Source of the DNA: a virus | Lineage: Duplodnaviria; Caudoviricetes | Strand: one strand, 5' to 3' | DNA length: 49,768 nucleotides | Virus record (IMG/VR): IMGVR_UViG_3300022178_000003 | Coordinates: 1 to 49,768 of that record | Shown here: positions 9,444-18,539 of the stretch, piece by piece | Position numbering within the stretch: position 1 is the first letter of the stretch | Layout of the letters: every line of letters begins with the position of its first letter | Notes under the pieces: model-generated | Told to the model about the DNA's origin: nothing | The model's database searches: none | The model's input: only the letters and a program-made list of their open reading frames with translations | Translations under genes and position numbers: made by a program

Positions 9444-11705
9444 ATGGCTATTAGAGAATTTGGACAGTCGTTGCTTGCAGACGTTAGAAAACGTAAAGAT
9501 GACCAAGCTAAGAAAAACAAACCTTCTACTTTAGACAAGGCGTTAATGGTTGGAGCTGCTGTTATACCCATGATAGGGGCTTCTAAAGTTACCGAACAGT
9601 TTAATAACTTTTCACAAAACAAAGAAGTGTTAGATACTAACATTATGCTTACTGCCGCTGAGCGTGTAGATAAAAAATTAAATGCAGTTACAGCCGCACT
9701 AGATGAGAAAGGGTTTTCAGCAAAACAATATTTTTTAGAAGAGCAAGCAGAACGAGATATGGAAGCTGCTTTAGCTCAAAATGAAAAATTTAATAAAGAC
9801 ACAGCTTCTCAAACTCTTTATAAAAATACGTTCCGTAATGATTTTATGAAAAATCAACAAACTATTGCTAAAGCTGAGTTAGCCGCCTCTCAATACGAAC
9901 AAGCTTTAGAAGCTCAAGAACGCTTTAAAGCTTCTGGAACTAAAGAACAAGCTTTTGCTTTAGGCCAATCTAAATTAGCGCGTGGGCCGTTGACAGCGTT
10001 CTTTGGCGCTGAGAAAAGAGAAGCTGCCGCAGTCGAGTCATATAGAAGTTCAATGTTTGCACAGAGCGCAGGGCGACTTGCAATGTTTGATGAAGTTCTT
10101 AAAACAACGGGTGGTGATTTTGTTGAAGCTCGTGAGATTGAAAAGACTTTAAATTTGGACGAATCTAGAACAGACCGCCCAGTATTTAGAGAAGAGGTAA
10201 TAGACGGCGTAGTAATTCAAATTGCGGGTAAAAAAGACGTAAACGGTAAGATTACATGGGACAAGAATCCTCAAGATATTAAGCGATTTGACATTCGATC
10301 ACCCCTTGGCAAAACAAAAACTCTTTTAGCTCAGTTTAACGTAGTTGAAAAATTGTCGACAGACATAGACTCTGCGGGCCAATCTGCTGCCATTAAAGAA
10401 GGTTTTAAAATGGTTCCTAAAACTGAAGCAGAGTTTGAAAATAACATGGAGATATACAAAAAGTATATACAAAGTAACGGTTTAGTAACTCTTTCTGAGA
10501 ATGAAAAAGCAGGTAAAAAATTACTAGCAGAGTCGTTAATTAAATTAGTAAATAGTGAGTCTTACTTACGCGAACAAAATGATTACGAGAGAGGTGAAGT
10601 AGAAATAGCAGAGCTGAAATCTAACATTGCTGCAAACAACGAAGGCGTTACAGGTGAGCAGCTTGAAACAATTTTTAAAGACAACAAAAAATTACAAAGT
10701 GCTTTAACTAGTAACAACGCAATTGCTATTAATTTAGCAAATAGAAAAACAGAAGTTGCACTACAAGTTTATCAAGCCTATCCAACTATAGATCCCGAAT
10801 ACGTTAGAGAACCCGCACCTGTAAGTGAAGTTGAAGCACCTATTACTAATACAGGAGCTAGTTTTGTAGGCGCTGACGCAACGGCTGCCGATTCAAAAGG
10901 CGTTCGGTTTAACAACTGGTTAAATATTAAAGAAGATTTAGAAAAAGAAAAAGATAATGAGTGGTACGGAAAAGTTGGTTCAGACGGCACCTTTCTTCAG
11001 TTTGAAACCGCTGCACAGGGTGTACGCGCAGCAGACAAAGTATTAATAAGTTATGCAAACAAAGACATCAACACTGTTTCAGATGTCATTACAGCTTGGG
11101 CACCTCCTACAGATAACAACCCAACTGAAGACTATATTGATTATGTTGCTGATAGCTTAGGAATAGATGAAGGAGCAGTAATAGACTTAAACGATCCTGA
11201 AGTTCGAGCAGATCTTCTTTCAGCAATGAGCATGTTAGAAAGCGAAAAAGAAGTTAGCCCCGATGAAATTTTAAGTCTTATTACTTCAGCTAATGCAGAA
11301 GCAGAAGCAGAAGCAGAAACTGTGGATCAAACAGGAGAGTTGGCGGACGATCTAGGTATTAAAATAATTAGCAGTTCTCCACCTAAGCCTCAAAGAAAAG
11401 TTTTTGGGATTAAAACAACAAGCGGAAAAAGTTTACAGACTGTCAAAGAAGATTTAGATCGTCTTGATACTGAGCTTTTAGAGGACTTACCTACCACTCA
11501 AAGAAAAAGACTTTTAAAACGCAGGGCAAAAGCGCAAGTAGAGTTAGACAAATTTGAAAGGGTAGCTAAAATTAAAGATCCTACATATACTTCTACGCCT
11601 TCTAAAGTCTACGCAGTTAGGATGCTTGAAGAAGACAAAAGAACAATGAGCCAAGAAGATGCAATTGCTAATTATGTGAGTCGAATGAAAGGGGAAATAA
11701 AATAA
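9444..11705 (+). CDS. Internal virion protein with lysozyme-like (peptidoglycan hydrolase) domain
   Basis: GVRFNNWLNIK...FLQFETAAQGVRAA...VITAWAPPTDNNPTEDYIDYVA resembles the RxNNPGNI/WAPxxxNxT virion lysozyme-like family. Confidence 0.65.
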   Translation: MAIREFGQSLLADVRKRKDDQAKKNKPSTLDKALMVGAAVIPMIGASKVTEQFNNFSQNKEVLDTNIMLTAAERVDKKLNAVTAALDEKGFSAKQYFLEEQAERDMEAALAQNEKFNKDTASQTLYKNTFRNDFMKNQQTIAKAELAASQYEQALEAQERFKASGTKEQAFALGQSKLARGPLTAFFGAEKREAAAVESYRSSMFAQSAGRLAMFDEVLKTTGGDFVEAREIEKTLNLDESRTDRPVFREEVIDGVVIQIAGKKDVNGKITWDKNPQDIKRFDIRSPLGKTKTLLAQFNVVEKLSTDIDSAGQSAAIKEGFKMVPKTEAEFENNMEIYKKYIQSNGLVTLSENEKAGKKLLAESLIKLVNSESYLREQNDYERGEVEIAELKSNIAANNEGVTGEQLETIFKDNKKLQSALTSNNAIAINLANRKTEVALQVYQAYPTIDPEYVREPAPVSEVEAPITNTGASFVGADATAADSKGVRFNNWLNIKEDLEKEKDNEWYGKVGSDGTFLQFETAAQGVRAADKVLISYANKDINTVSDVITAWAPPTDNNPTEDYIDYVADSLGIDEGAVIDLNDPEVRADLLSAMSMLESEKEVSPDEILSLITSANAEAEAEAETVDQTGELADDLGIKIISSSPPKPQRKVFGIKTTSGKSLQTVKEDLDRLDTELLEDLPTTQRKRLLKRRAKAQVELDKFERVAKIKDPTYTSTPSKVYAVRMLEEDKRTMSQEDAIANYVSRMKGEIK

Positions 11706-14700
11706 TGTCTCAGACAACTTTAGAACTTTCAAATGGCACTACGGTTACACTCGAACACCCTGAAGGAGTAACTAAAGAACAGCTTAGACGTTTTGCAGAA
11801 AAAGAACAGAAGCTTACAGAAAACGCAGCAGCTAAAGACACTACTAAGTATTTAGAAGATAAAGAATCTCCTAGCGTAGGGACAGATCTAAAGCGAGTGT
11901 TGTTAGACACACAACGAGACGTAGTAAGTTTAATAGATTATCTTCCCGGAGATGCGTTTGGTTTAGATGATATGGGAACTTTAACTAAGCAAAAGGAGTT
12001 AAGCCGCCTTGCAGGTTTTGGGTATCTTGAAACTTCTGAGCATATTGATCCGCTAACAGGTAAAATCAAAGCTCCTGAAACTGCTATAGGGATAGCTGCG
12101 TCTATTGTTCCGTATGTTGCAGGAGCAGGTGCGTTAGTTAAAGCCGTGCCTAAGCTTGCTATGAAGTTTGCACCTAAGCTTGCAGCTCGTTCTGTTCCTA
12201 AAGCAGTTCAGTATACAGCAGCAGGCGCGGCCACTTCTCAAGTGCTGACTGATTTAGATGAGAATTTATTTAATGTTGTATCTGATGTTTTCCCAGAAGG
12301 CACACAGAACACTGTAATTCAGGCTTTACAAGCAGATGAAAACGATACGCAAGCTTCTAAGCGTCTCAAAATGTTAATAGGCGATGTAGGACTAGGTGTT
12401 ACAGTTGATGCTTTATTTAAAGCTGCACCAATGCTTAAAAATATAATTACTGCTAAAAAACCTACAGCCGATGATGTGGTTGAAGGCTTGAAAGAATTTA
12501 GTAAAGCTGAAGAACTTACAAAAGTAAGTCTACGTACATCTGATGCAGAAACAAGAGCAGCAGGGAAACCTGTTCCTTTTAGAGGAGACTTACCTACTGA
12601 GCCACAGGCTTTTAAATCTTCTCCCGATGATCTTGCTCAAATTGAAGCTCAAAAAGCTGAAGGCAAGAAAGGCGTAGCTTGGGCAAAAGCTAAAATAAAT
12701 CAAGTGGGCCAGCAGATCTTTACTTCTAGAGGCTATGCGCCGTCTAAAATGTTTGCAATGTTTAATCAAAGTCAAGCAGAGCAGCGCGGAACAATTGTTG
12801 AAGCTACGCAGATAGCTAGGCGTTTAAACAACTCATTTAAAACTTTTACAGACGAAGCAACTAAAACAACCAACATTGAAAAAGCTCAAGAGTTGTTGAC
12901 AACAGACTTATCAAAATATACTACTCTTGATATAAGCAAACAAGCAACGCGCTTGAGTGCAGACCAAGGCATTGGAGTAGAAGTAGCTGAAGCAGTTTTA
13001 GATGCTCGTTATTTAATAGACAAATTATCTAATCAAATTTCAGGAACAAAGGGCTTTAAAAAAGAAGCGTTAAAAAGTATTCAAGAAAACATGGGTACAT
13101 ATTTAAGAACTTCTTACAAGGCTTTTGATGATCCTTCTAATTGGAAGCTAGATGATGTTTTAAAACAAACAGCAATTGATGACCTACTACCCAGTAAAAT
13201 GGCAGAGGTTGCAGGCAGAGCATCGAGTAAAAACTTTTCTGAAGATAAGATTGCAGAACTTGCAGAACAACTTGCAAGAAAAGATGTAGACGATATTTTA
13301 AAACAGGTTACAGATAAAGAAACTGTTGATCATCTTACTCAAGTTCAGAGGGTAGCTAAGTTCCACAAGAAAACAGAAGACATGCCTCAAAGTATTAAAG
13401 ATCTTTTAGGTGAAATTAAAGATCCAGCCGATAACATTATTTTAAGTGTGAGCAAAGCTGCGCGTATTTACGAAGTCAATAACTTTTATCAAATAGCTAA
13501 TCAATTAGGTAAGAACGGCAAGTATATTCAAACTGCTGCGTCTGAAGGTGTACGTAGTAAAAGACTAAGCACTAAAATAACTAACACTAATTCTATTCTT
13601 GACGGGAAGTATACTACTCCTGAAGTAGCTAAGTTTCTAAATAGACAAGAAGAAACTTTTAAGTTCCTTAGTGAAAATAGTAACGGAGCCGCAGAAGCGT
13701 ACAAAGTATTTTTAAAATACAAAGGAACTGCTCAGGCATCTAAGACAGTCTACAGTCATGTTACAGCACTGCGTAACATACTTGGAGGCGCTCAATTTGC
13801 TATCGCTAACGGAAACTTGTCTGCTATAAACCCCCTTTCTAAAAATAGGGGACACATGAAAGTCTTGTGGAATAACATGGCTGGAAAAGGCGACAAAGAA
13901 CTAGATCAAATTTATAAAAAATATGTAGACTTGGGTGTTATTAATACTAACCTTAAAGTCAATCAGTTTAGAGAACTTATTAATATTTCTAGTAAGGACT
14001 TTGGTACAAAGAAGTTGACGACCCTTATAAATCAGAATCCAATCTTAAAAGGTATGGAAAACTTCTACATGGCTACTGATGATTATTTTAAAATGTCAGG
14101 CTTTCTAGACGAACTAGAAACTTTAAAGAAAGCTAAGCCTACTTCTTCGTTGGATGTTTTAGAACGCGAAGCTGCGGATATTATCCAAGACACTATTCCT
14201 AACTATGATCGAGTGCCTAAAGGACTGAAGAAATTAAACTATCTTCCAGTTGGTAATTTTATTTCTTTTCCCGCTGAGATACTTAGAACAAGCTTTCATA
14301 TTGTTAAGCAAGCAAGCAAAGAAATAAACTCAGGTAATACTGTTCTGCGTAACAGGGGACTACGAAGACTTTCAGGATTTACGGCGGCTGCTGTAGGTGT
14401 AAACGAAGCTTCTAAACTATCAGCTAATTTAATAGGGTGGACAGAAGAAGAAAGACAACAACATACACTTTTAGCAGAAGGCAAGTACGACAAGAACAGC
14501 AGCTTTATTTGGAACCGCAGAGAGAACGGCGACATTACAAAAGTTTCTACTAAGTACTTAGATTCATACAACACTATTAAAGAGCCAGTGTTGGCTGCTT
14601 TAGATAGGATTGTAGACGGTGAGTTAAAGGGTGAGCAGCTTGAAGACTACATCTTTAAAGCAGGCATAGATGGAATGCTTACTCTTTCCACTCCTTTTGT

Positions 14701-16609
14701 GTCGGAGTCTATTGCAACTAAAGCAACATTAAATGTTTTAGAAGCTATACGTTCTCCTGACGGAAAGACCAGTGACGGTAAAGTGTTGTTGCCGCCAAGC
14801 ATGTCTACAGCCGAAAAGTTAAGTACTTCTGTATTTGAATTGTTTAAAGCTGTAGAACCGGGATCTGTAACAAGCCTAAGAAAACTTGGAGATAGCGTAG
14901 ACGCATACACAGGCGAAGAGCTAGAAAAATTAGGGCCAGTAAATAAAGATGCGTTTATAACAAACATAACTGGAATCCGCATATCGCAACACGACCCTGA
15001 TTCAGCTTTAAAGTTTGCTGTGTCTGATTTTAATAAGCAGACTCGCGCTAATGTTAAACCTATCTATAAAGTTGGAAAAGACACTGCTGTAACAATGTTG
15101 GATAATTATATTGCTCGTCAAAGTAAAAACTATGACTACCAGCAAGACCTGTTTAGAAAAGTCAGCGCCTATTCATCTATTAACGGCAGATACAAAACAT
15201 TAAGAATGCTTACAGATAGTGGTCTGTCAGATCCCGCTGCTCGTGATATATACAACGGGAAGTTTAAGCCTACAGCCCCTCCTAAAATAGATGACAGGAT
15301 TATAGAAGTTTTAAAAGCTTCTACACCTGAAGACGTATCACAGGGGACACAGTTAAGAACTGCTAATCGTGAATACACTTCTGTATTCAGAGAGTTTCAG
15401 AAGTTGTCATTGTATGGCGAAGAAGAGATGAATCCCTTTGATGATCCAGAAGAAGCCTACGAAAGACTAGGGAAGTCCACGGGCGGTGAGGTTACTGAGC
15501 CTGTATCTAACGCTCCTAAAGAGCCTGATGAGCGTATTAATAAGCTCACAGGCTTGCCGTATAACGAGGGGGCTGGGCCAGCTTACATGGACATTGAAGA
15601 CCCTTTACGCGTATTGAATATGGCAGCGGGTGGGAGAGTTAAAAAAAGCGCAGGCGGTAAACTACTTAAAATGTTTATTAAGAAAACTGCACCCAGTGCT
15701 GCGCCCGTTATAAAGCAAGCAGACGAAATTGTTGAAAGCGCTGCGTATGCTGTTGTTAAAGATAAGAAAGGCAACGCGTTTGTAGGTGTTACTAAAAGCT
15801 CAGAAAGCACAGAAGACTCTTTAGGTTTAACGCCTGAGAGTATTGAAGCTTGGAAGAAAGAACAGAAAGGTTTTAAACAACCCAAAGTTCCTGAAGTTGT
15901 AGAAGCCGCAGAAAAACTAGCTAAGAAAGAAATAGACGAAGCTGAGTTTGACACTATTGTTAATACGTATAAGCCTATAAAGCCTATTACAGAAGTCCCT
16001 GACCTTCCTACGCCTGTTGAAATTGCAAGCGCCTTAGACAGTAACAAAAGAGCTGCTGGCATTGTAAACGTAAATCTTAAAATAGAAGACGGTACTTCCG
16101 TTGCTTCTAGACTAGACATTCCTGCTTACGAGCAGAACAACACATGGGTTGTTTCGTTACATGACGGTAGTAAACGTGGAGGTGCTTCATTAGGCTATGG
16201 CCAAACGGCGGTATTAGATAATGTCAAGTTTTCAAGCGAACCTAAAGCAGCTATAAACATTGCAAAAGGAAAGCCGAAAGCAACTATTGCTAGAATGTAC
16301 GGGTCTTGGAAAAATCAAAAGCCTGAAGATGTCCATGCGTTAGCTAAACAATACATGGATGATCCTGAGTGGACACAAGTAGGAATGAATCCTGACCGAC
16401 ACTCTTTCTTTTATGACAAGCTGACAGGAGAGCCTGTAACATCAGCAGAGCAAGTTATACAAGTAGGGCCGTTGGTACTGGCTAAAAATGTAACTAAAAC
16501 ATCTAGGACAGATCCGATGTTTAGCATAAACCCTAAAGACCCAGACGCTCCTCGATTCGCAGCAGGCGGCAAGGTTCTCAACGCACTTAAAAGGAACTGT
16601 AGTAAATGA
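11705..16609 (+). CDS. Very large internal virion protein with appended C-terminal domain
   Basis: 1634 aa, helical; PNYDRVP...GNFISFPAEILR segment; last gene of the ejection block. Confidence 0.65.
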   Translation: MSQTTLELSNGTTVTLEHPEGVTKEQLRRFAEKEQKLTENAAAKDTTKYLEDKESPSVGTDLKRVLLDTQRDVVSLIDYLPGDAFGLDDMGTLTKQKELSRLAGFGYLETSEHIDPLTGKIKAPETAIGIAASIVPYVAGAGALVKAVPKLAMKFAPKLAARSVPKAVQYTAAGAATSQVLTDLDENLFNVVSDVFPEGTQNTVIQALQADENDTQASKRLKMLIGDVGLGVTVDALFKAAPMLKNIITAKKPTADDVVEGLKEFSKAEELTKVSLRTSDAETRAAGKPVPFRGDLPTEPQAFKSSPDDLAQIEAQKAEGKKGVAWAKAKINQVGQQIFTSRGYAPSKMFAMFNQSQAEQRGTIVEATQIARRLNNSFKTFTDEATKTTNIEKAQELLTTDLSKYTTLDISKQATRLSADQGIGVEVAEAVLDARYLIDKLSNQISGTKGFKKEALKSIQENMGTYLRTSYKAFDDPSNWKLDDVLKQTAIDDLLPSKMAEVAGRASSKNFSEDKIAELAEQLARKDVDDILKQVTDKETVDHLTQVQRVAKFHKKTEDMPQSIKDLLGEIKDPADNIILSVSKAARIYEVNNFYQIANQLGKNGKYIQTAASEGVRSKRLSTKITNTNSILDGKYTTPEVAKFLNRQEETFKFLSENSNGAAEAYKVFLKYKGTAQASKTVYSHVTALRNILGGAQFAIANGNLSAINPLSKNRGHMKVLWNNMAGKGDKELDQIYKKYVDLGVINTNLKVNQFRELINISSKDFGTKKLTTLINQNPILKGMENFYMATDDYFKMSGFLDELETLKKAKPTSSLDVLEREAADIIQDTIPNYDRVPKGLKKLNYLPVGNFISFPAEILRTSFHIVKQASKEINSGNTVLRNRGLRRLSGFTAAAVGVNEASKLSANLIGWTEEERQQHTLLAEGKYDKNSSFIWNRRENGDITKVSTKYLDSYNTIKEPVLAALDRIVDGELKGEQLEDYIFKAGIDGMLTLSTPFVSESIATKATLNVLEAIRSPDGKTSDGKVLLPPSMSTAEKLSTSVFELFKAVEPGSVTSLRKLGDSVDAYTGEELEKLGPVNKDAFITNITGIRISQHDPDSALKFAVSDFNKQTRANVKPIYKVGKDTAVTMLDNYIARQSKNYDYQQDLFRKVSAYSSINGRYKTLRMLTDSGLSDPAARDIYNGKFKPTAPPKIDDRIIEVLKASTPEDVSQGTQLRTANREYTSVFREFQKLSLYGEEEMNPFDDPEEAYERLGKSTGGEVTEPVSNAPKEPDERINKLTGLPYNEGAGPAYMDIEDPLRVLNMAAGGRVKKSAGGKLLKMFIKKTAPSAAPVIKQADEIVESAAYAVVKDKKGNAFVGVTKSSESTEDSLGLTPESIEAWKKEQKGFKQPKVPEVVEAAEKLAKKEIDEAEFDTIVNTYKPIKPITEVPDLPTPVEIASALDSNKRAAGIVNVNLKIEDGTSVASRLDIPAYEQNNTWVVSLHDGSKRGGASLGYGQTAVLDNVKFSSEPKAAINIAKGKPKATIARMYGSWKNQKPEDVHALAKQYMDDPEWTQVGMNPDRHSFFYDKLTGEPVTSAEQVIQVGPLVLAKNVTKTSRTDPMFSINPKDPDAPRFAAGGKVLNALKRNCSK

Positions 16610-16962
16610 TAGAGAAGTACACATATTTTAAAATAGAAGACTTTGATTGCCAAGAAACTGGCGAAAACAAAATGAAGCCTCAGTTTATTCACAAGCTTGA
16701 TCACTTGCGAAAGATTTGTGGCTTTCCGTTTATTGTAACTAGTGGGTACAGAAGCCCCAACCACAGCTTAGAAAAACGAAAGCAAACTCCCGGCACTCAT
16801 GCACAAGGAATTGCCGCAGATATTGCAGTGAACGGTGGCCGACAGCGCATGCAAATAGTACAACACGCCACTGCTATGGGTTTCACAGGCATTGGAGTTG
16901 CTAAAGGTTTTGTACATGTAGATATACGTGATGATTTTAAACCAGTTCTTTGGTGCTATTAA
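16606..16962 (+). CDS. Endolysin, peptidase M15A family
   Basis: YFKIEDFDC...IVTSGYRSPNH...HAQGIAADI...GFVHVD zinc-peptidase motifs. Confidence 0.88.
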   Translation: MIEKYTYFKIEDFDCQETGENKMKPQFIHKLDHLRKICGFPFIVTSGYRSPNHSLEKRKQTPGTHAQGIAADIAVNGGRQRMQIVQHATAMGFTGIGVAKGFVHVDIRDDFKPVLWCY

Positions 16963-16976
16963 GCAGGAGACCTACC

Positions 16977-17354
16977 ATGTTAGATAAATTAATTGGCCCA
17001 GTAACAGGACTACTGGACAAGTTCATCGAAGACAAGGATAAGAAGAACGCCATAGCCTTTGAACTAGCCACTATGGCAGAGAAGCATGCTCAAGAGTTAT
17101 CTAAAGGTCAGTTAGAAGTTAACAAGACTGAGGCAGCACATAAGAGTTTGTTTGTAGCTGGATGGCGACCCGCAATAGGTTGGATATGCGGAATGGCTTT
17201 ACTCTATTCTACTATCTTAGCTCCCATCTTAGGCATATGGTTTACTGTACCGCCTGTAGATAGCGCACTACTTACAAGTGTGTTAATGGGCATGCTAGGT
17301 TTAGGTGCTATGCGAACCGCAGAAAAAGTAAAAGGCGTACAAAGGGAGAAGTAA
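16977..17354 (+). CDS. Holin (3-TM, GTA-type holin family)
   Basis: EAAHKSLFVAGWRPAIGWICG...LMGMLGLGAMRTAEK; AGGAG RBS favours ATG 16977; follows the endolysin. Confidence 0.8.
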   Translation: MLDKLIGPVTGLLDKFIEDKDKKNAIAFELATMAEKHAQELSKGQLEVNKTEAAHKSLFVAGWRPAIGWICGMALLYSTILAPILGIWFTVPPVDSALLTSVLMGMLGLGAMRTAEKVKGVQREK

Positions 17355-17355
17355 A

Positions 17356-17538
17356 GTGGCAGCTAAAAAGAAATCAACAGTAAACAAAGCAGGAAACTAT
17401 ACCAAACCTACCATGCGAAAGAACTTGTTTAATAAAATTAAAGCAGGCACTAAGGGTGGCAAAGCAGGACAGTGGTCAGCTCGCAAGGCTCAAATGCTTG
17501 CGAAGGAATACAAAGCTAAAGGAGGTGGGTACAAATGA
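17356..17538 (+). CDS. Small Lys-rich basic protein
   Basis: GGKAGQWSARKAQMLAKEYKAKGGGYK; GGAG RBS, GTG start. Confidence 0.7.
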   Translation: MAAKKKSTVNKAGNYTKPTMRKNLFNKIKAGTKGGKAGQWSARKAQMLAKEYKAKGGGYK

Positions 17539-17681
17539 AAGTTAAAGCACCTAAAGGTCATCACTGGATGAAGCAGAAAGACGGCTCAATGAATTTAATG
17601 AAGCACACTGGCAAGTTTGTTAAGCACAAAGGAGCTTCACTCGAAGCTAATTTTAAAGTACAAAAGGTTCATAAGAAATAA
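17535..17681 (+). CDS. Small Lys/His-rich protein, 48 aa (not in ORF track)
   Basis: Manual translation MKVKAPKGHHWMKQKDGSMNLMKHTGKFVKHKGASLEANFKVQKVHKK; GGAGG RBS; ATGA and TAATG overlaps. Confidence 0.7.
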   Translation: MKVKAPKGHHWMKQKDGSMNLMKHTGKFVKHKGASLEANFKVQKVHKK

Positions 17682-17923
17682 TGGCACTTAAAAAATCTCA
17701 AAAGTCTTTAAAGAAATGGACAAAGCAAAAGTGGCGTACACCTTCTGGAAAACCTAGCGGTAAAACTGGCGAAGTATACGCGCCTGCTAAGGCTATAAAG
17801 AAACTCAAATCAACTGCGGCAGGCCGAAAGAAACTAGCCGCTGCTAATAAAAAGAAGCGTGAAGCTACAGCCAAAGGAAAACAACACGCTAAACACGGAT
17901 TACACAAAGGTAAGGAACGATGA
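17681..17923 (+). CDS. Small Lys-rich basic protein
   Basis: SQKSLKKWTKQKWRT...GEVYAP; translationally coupled to neighbours. Confidence 0.7.
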   Translation: MALKKSQKSLKKWTKQKWRTPSGKPSGKTGEVYAPAKAIKKLKSTAAGRKKLAAANKKKREATAKGKQHAKHGLHKGKER

Positions 17924-18237
17924 GAGAAGACTACAAGAAGGGCGGTAAAGCAAAAAAGAAAGACCCACGTTTAGCCAGAGCAGGAGTAAGCGGATATAAT
18001 AAACCGAAGCGTACACCGAATCACCCGAAGAAAAGCCATATTGTTGTGGCAAAAGAAGGCGACAAGATCAAAACAATCCGTTACGGAGAACAAGGAGCTA
18101 AGACCGCAGGTAAGCCCAAGGCCGGTGAGTCAGAAGCAATGAAAAAGAAACGTGCAAGCTTTAAAGCTCGACACGCTAAGAATATAAAGAAAGGAAAAAT
18201 GTCTGCGGCTTATTGGGCCGATAAATCTAAGTGGTAG
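17920..18237 (+). CDS. Small Lys-rich basic protein
   Basis: GYNKPKRTPNHPKKSH...KTIRYGEQG...SFKARH...SAAYWADKSKW; last gene of the plus arm. Confidence 0.75.
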   Translation: MREDYKKGGKAKKKDPRLARAGVSGYNKPKRTPNHPKKSHIVVAKEGDKIKTIRYGEQGAKTAGKPKAGESEAMKKKRASFKARHAKNIKKGKMSAAYWADKSKW

Positions 18238-18248
18238 GAAGTCGCGCC

Positions 18249-18539
18249 CTAGCCTACATGGTTCAGGGCGCTTAGTTCTTCCTCTAAGTATGCATGTATT
18301 TCTTCTAGTTTTGGTTTCGTAAGATTTACAATGTTTCTCATAGTAGTCAATTCATGGTCTTTAAAGACTTTAGAAAGCTCATGAACAGGGATGCCGGACA
18401 GTTCTGTCACGACAATCCCCTCACAATTTACTAGGATTTTGAAGCTTATAATGTTGGCTTCTTTGGTCTTAAACGATTTCACAAGCGCCACCAGTGCAAG
18501 CCAACTCCTGTGAACCAGTTGTATTATCTTCTTTTTCAT
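18249..18539 (-). CDS. Hypothetical protein (true start possibly downstream)
   Basis: ORF directly after the RNR gene; last gene of the minus arm. Confidence 0.5.
   Translation of the reverse strand: MKKKIIQLVHRSWLALVALVKSFKTKEANIISFKILVNCEGIVVTELSGIPVHELSKVFKDHELTTMRNIVNLTKPKLEEIHAYLEEELSALNHVG

Noticed and set aside
15583-16119. 178-aa minus-strand ORF, and similar ones at 39956-40573 and 33950-34330
   Set aside because: Fully antisense to well-supported genes, with the Ser/Leu-rich composition typical of shadow frames
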